In this document: positions 62,067 through 64,000 of the stretch, in pieces | Position numbering within the stretch: position 1 is the first letter of the stretch | How the letters are laid out: the number at the start of each line of letters is the position of its first letter | Assembly: GCA_042408215.1 (NCBI GenBank) | Contig: JAYFMW010000030.1 | Span: forward strand, 192,001 to 256,000 | From: Microcoleus sp. | Lineage (GTDB): Bacteria; Cyanobacteriota; Cyanobacteriia; Cyanobacteriales; Microcoleaceae | Reading direction: 5' to 3' | DNA: 64,000 nucleotides | The notes under the pieces: model-generated | What the model was told of the DNA's origin: nothing | Database searches by the model: none | What the model saw: only the letters and a program-made list of their open reading frames with translations | Translations under genes and position numbers: made by a program

Positions 62067-62072
62067 ATAAGT

Positions 62073-62356
62073 CTTTCATGGGCGGGCTAGAAGCCCAACC
62101 CCTACTCCCCACAAGAAAATTTAGTTGTTGTGGAACCAGCAAATTCATCTCTTGTGGAACCGGGCGGAAAGCCTGTTCATAGAAATGGTGCAAGATCTTA
62201 GTTTAACCTGAGATATTGCACCATTCTGAATAACCCTTTCATGGGCGAGAAGCCCAACCCCTACTCCCCACAAGAAAATTTAGTTGTTGTGGAACCAGCA
62301 AATTCATCTCTTGTGGAACAGGCCGGAAAGCCTGTTCATAGAAATGGTGCAAGATA
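62073..62356. repeat. ~120-bp direct repeat, two copies
   Basis: CTTTCATGGGCG..GAAGCCCAACCCTACTCCCCACAAG...AAATGGTGCAAGAT at ~62073-62196 and ~62236-62356. Confidence 0.85.
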
Positions 62357-62468
62357 TCAGAAACGGAGGACACGGCAATGCCGTTTCCCTACCCCGATTA
62401 ATTGTAGGGAAACGGCACTGCCGTATCCTGACTGTGGGCAACATTAATTCCGATCCCACCGGATTTGA

Positions 62469-63449
62469 TCACTTAGTTTGAAAGATATTTTGCACCATTT
62501 TCTTATCTACGTTCGCCGCCGCTTTATCCAATTCTGCAATCTCGCCGCCGTCTAATTTCCACCCTAAAGCACCAATATTCTCTGCCGCCTGTGCCGCAGA
62601 TTTCGCCCCAGGAATAGGAAGAGTTTCTTTACAAATGCACCAGTTAATCGCTACCTGCGAAACTGTCTTATTTCTGGATGCTGCTATGGCTCGCAAACAC
62701 TCCAAAAGCGATCGCATTCCCGGCAATATTTGTTTACACGCTAAACCTCGGATGCCTTTAGGAAACGGGCCGTTTTCCGAGTATTTCCCCGTCAGCAATC
62801 CCAAGGCTAAAGGACTGTAAGCAATCAATTTTATACCCAGTTCGTCGCACAGTTCTTTCAATCCAAGTTCAGTAACTGGATAGGTAGAAAGTAGCGAATA
62901 TTGAAATTGTAATGTAACAATTGGAATCTGGCGATCGCTAAATTTTTTCTGTACCCATTTCAGCCGTTTCGGCCCGTAGTTAGACAAGCCCACACCCTTG
63001 ACTAATCCTTGCTCGTAAAGGTCGGCCAAACCATCTAAAAGAGCGCTTTCTTGCCAAGGAGCATAATTAGCTGTAGACCAGTGCATTTGCACCAAATCTA
63101 CATTTTTGCCGAGGCGGTAAGCAGAGGCTTTACAAGCCGATATCATTGACTGTCGCGTCAATCTCCAAGGATAAGCAGCCAGTTTTGTCGCAATACAAAT
63201 ACTGTCTTTATTTGCACCTTCATATGCTTGAGAAAACTGCCCCAAAAGTTGCTCGCTGCGTCCATTTAATTTCCCAGTTCCGTAAGAATCACCTGTATCG
63301 AATAAAGTGACACCGTTACTAACACAAAGATTGAAAACGGCTTGCAATTCGTCGTCCATACTTTCATCGTAGCCCCAGAGCAATCTGTTGCCCCAAGCCC
63401 AAGTGCCACAGCCCATTGTTGGTAGTAAAAGTTTTTGGTTATTTGACAT
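62469..63449 (-). CDS. Aldo/keto reductase
   Basis: GCGTWAWG, FDTGDSYG, IATK, VGLSNY, AYSPLALGLLTGKY, PIPGAK. Confidence 0.93.
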   Translation of the reverse strand: MSNNQKLLLPTMGCGTWAWGNRLLWGYDESMDDELQAVFNLCVSNGVTLFDTGDSYGTGKLNGRSEQLLGQFSQAYEGANKDSICIATKLAAYPWRLTRQSMISACKASAYRLGKNVDLVQMHWSTANYAPWQESALLDGLADLYEQGLVKGVGLSNYGPKRLKWVQKKFSDRQIPIVTLQFQYSLLSTYPVTELGLKELCDELGIKLIAYSPLALGLLTGKYSENGPFPKGIRGLACKQILPGMRSLLECLRAIAASRNKTVSQVAINWCICKETLPIPGAKSAAQAAENIGALGWKLDGGEIAELDKAAANVDKKMVQNIFQTK

Positions 63450-63511
63450 TTTTTGTGGATGGTAGTTGTTGGCAACACTGATATTTTTTTATGCACAGAA
63501 CTCGGTATCCC

Positions 63512-63669
63512 CTAGGGCGTGTTTTCAAAGTCTTAGATCCCCCCCAGCCCCCCTTAAAAAGGGGGGAGAAAGAGTCTCTTTCGTCAACCCCTACTCACAC
63601 CCTACTCCCTTTTTAAGGGGGATTTAGGGGGATCGGGATCTGAGGTCGCAGTTTGAAAACACGCCCTAG
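63512..63669. mobile_element. MITE with CTAGGGCGTGTTTTCAAA terminal inverted repeats
   Basis: CTAGGGCGTGTTTTCAAA ... TTTGAAAACACGCCCTAG around the GATCCCCC..GGGGGATC core. Confidence 0.75.
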
Positions 63670-64000
63670 CCCCCAGTAGATCTGTTTCATTCTGTCACGG
63701 GCCGCTCTTAGACTCAAGTCCCTGTCTAATAGCATAAGTCGGTTTTAACCGATTCAAATAGTAATCTCAATTTTTAAAAGTAGAGTTACACATATATTCT
63801 GCGCTAACTCTATAGAATAACAGGTTTAATAGAATTGCTACAGTCGTCTAAAGACGACTTAAGCTATGAGACAGGGGTTTCAACCCCTGTCGGACTGTCG
63901 GACTACTACAGCTTTGAGCGAATGAATCAGCCCAGGCGGAAGGGCGATTGAGGGAGCGAGACAACGGTTTCTAACTAATGATTAATGACTACTGACTAAT

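Overview
A 64 kb chromosomal window from a filamentous cyanobacterium, Oscillatoriales/Microcoleus-like. That call is an inference from psbEFLJ, ndhCKJ, rubA-ycf48, frequent GCGATCGC (HIP1) sites and heptamer STRR tracts. Housekeeping blocks (mrp antiporter operon, M16 peptidase pair, ABC exporter parts, PBP1A, cobA/cbiX, prs, bioD, tRNA-His) alternate with accessory DNA. Four things stand out. (1) An AT-rich RiPP-like cluster at 1-5119: FxsB-type radical SAM/SPASM, HExxH-TPR, DUF483-like and isoprenoid-synthase-fold genes, preceded by a His-triplet candidate precursor end. (2) A Upf1-like SF1 helicase plus PLD-nuclease gene pair just after tRNA-His, resembling Mokosh but without a fused kinase. 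(3) An HTH regulator divergent from a TauD + DUF885-like (HDxxH) cassette. (4) Many IS200/IS605 elements: two tnpB elements, three ORF-less mini-elements whose left-end guide and target tetramers co-vary, and an ORF-less HEARO/omegaRNA inserted exactly at a start codon. Nested MITEs and a 5x143 bp tandem array are also present. No CRISPR array or rRNA was found. All family assignments come from motifs recognised by eye, not from database searches.
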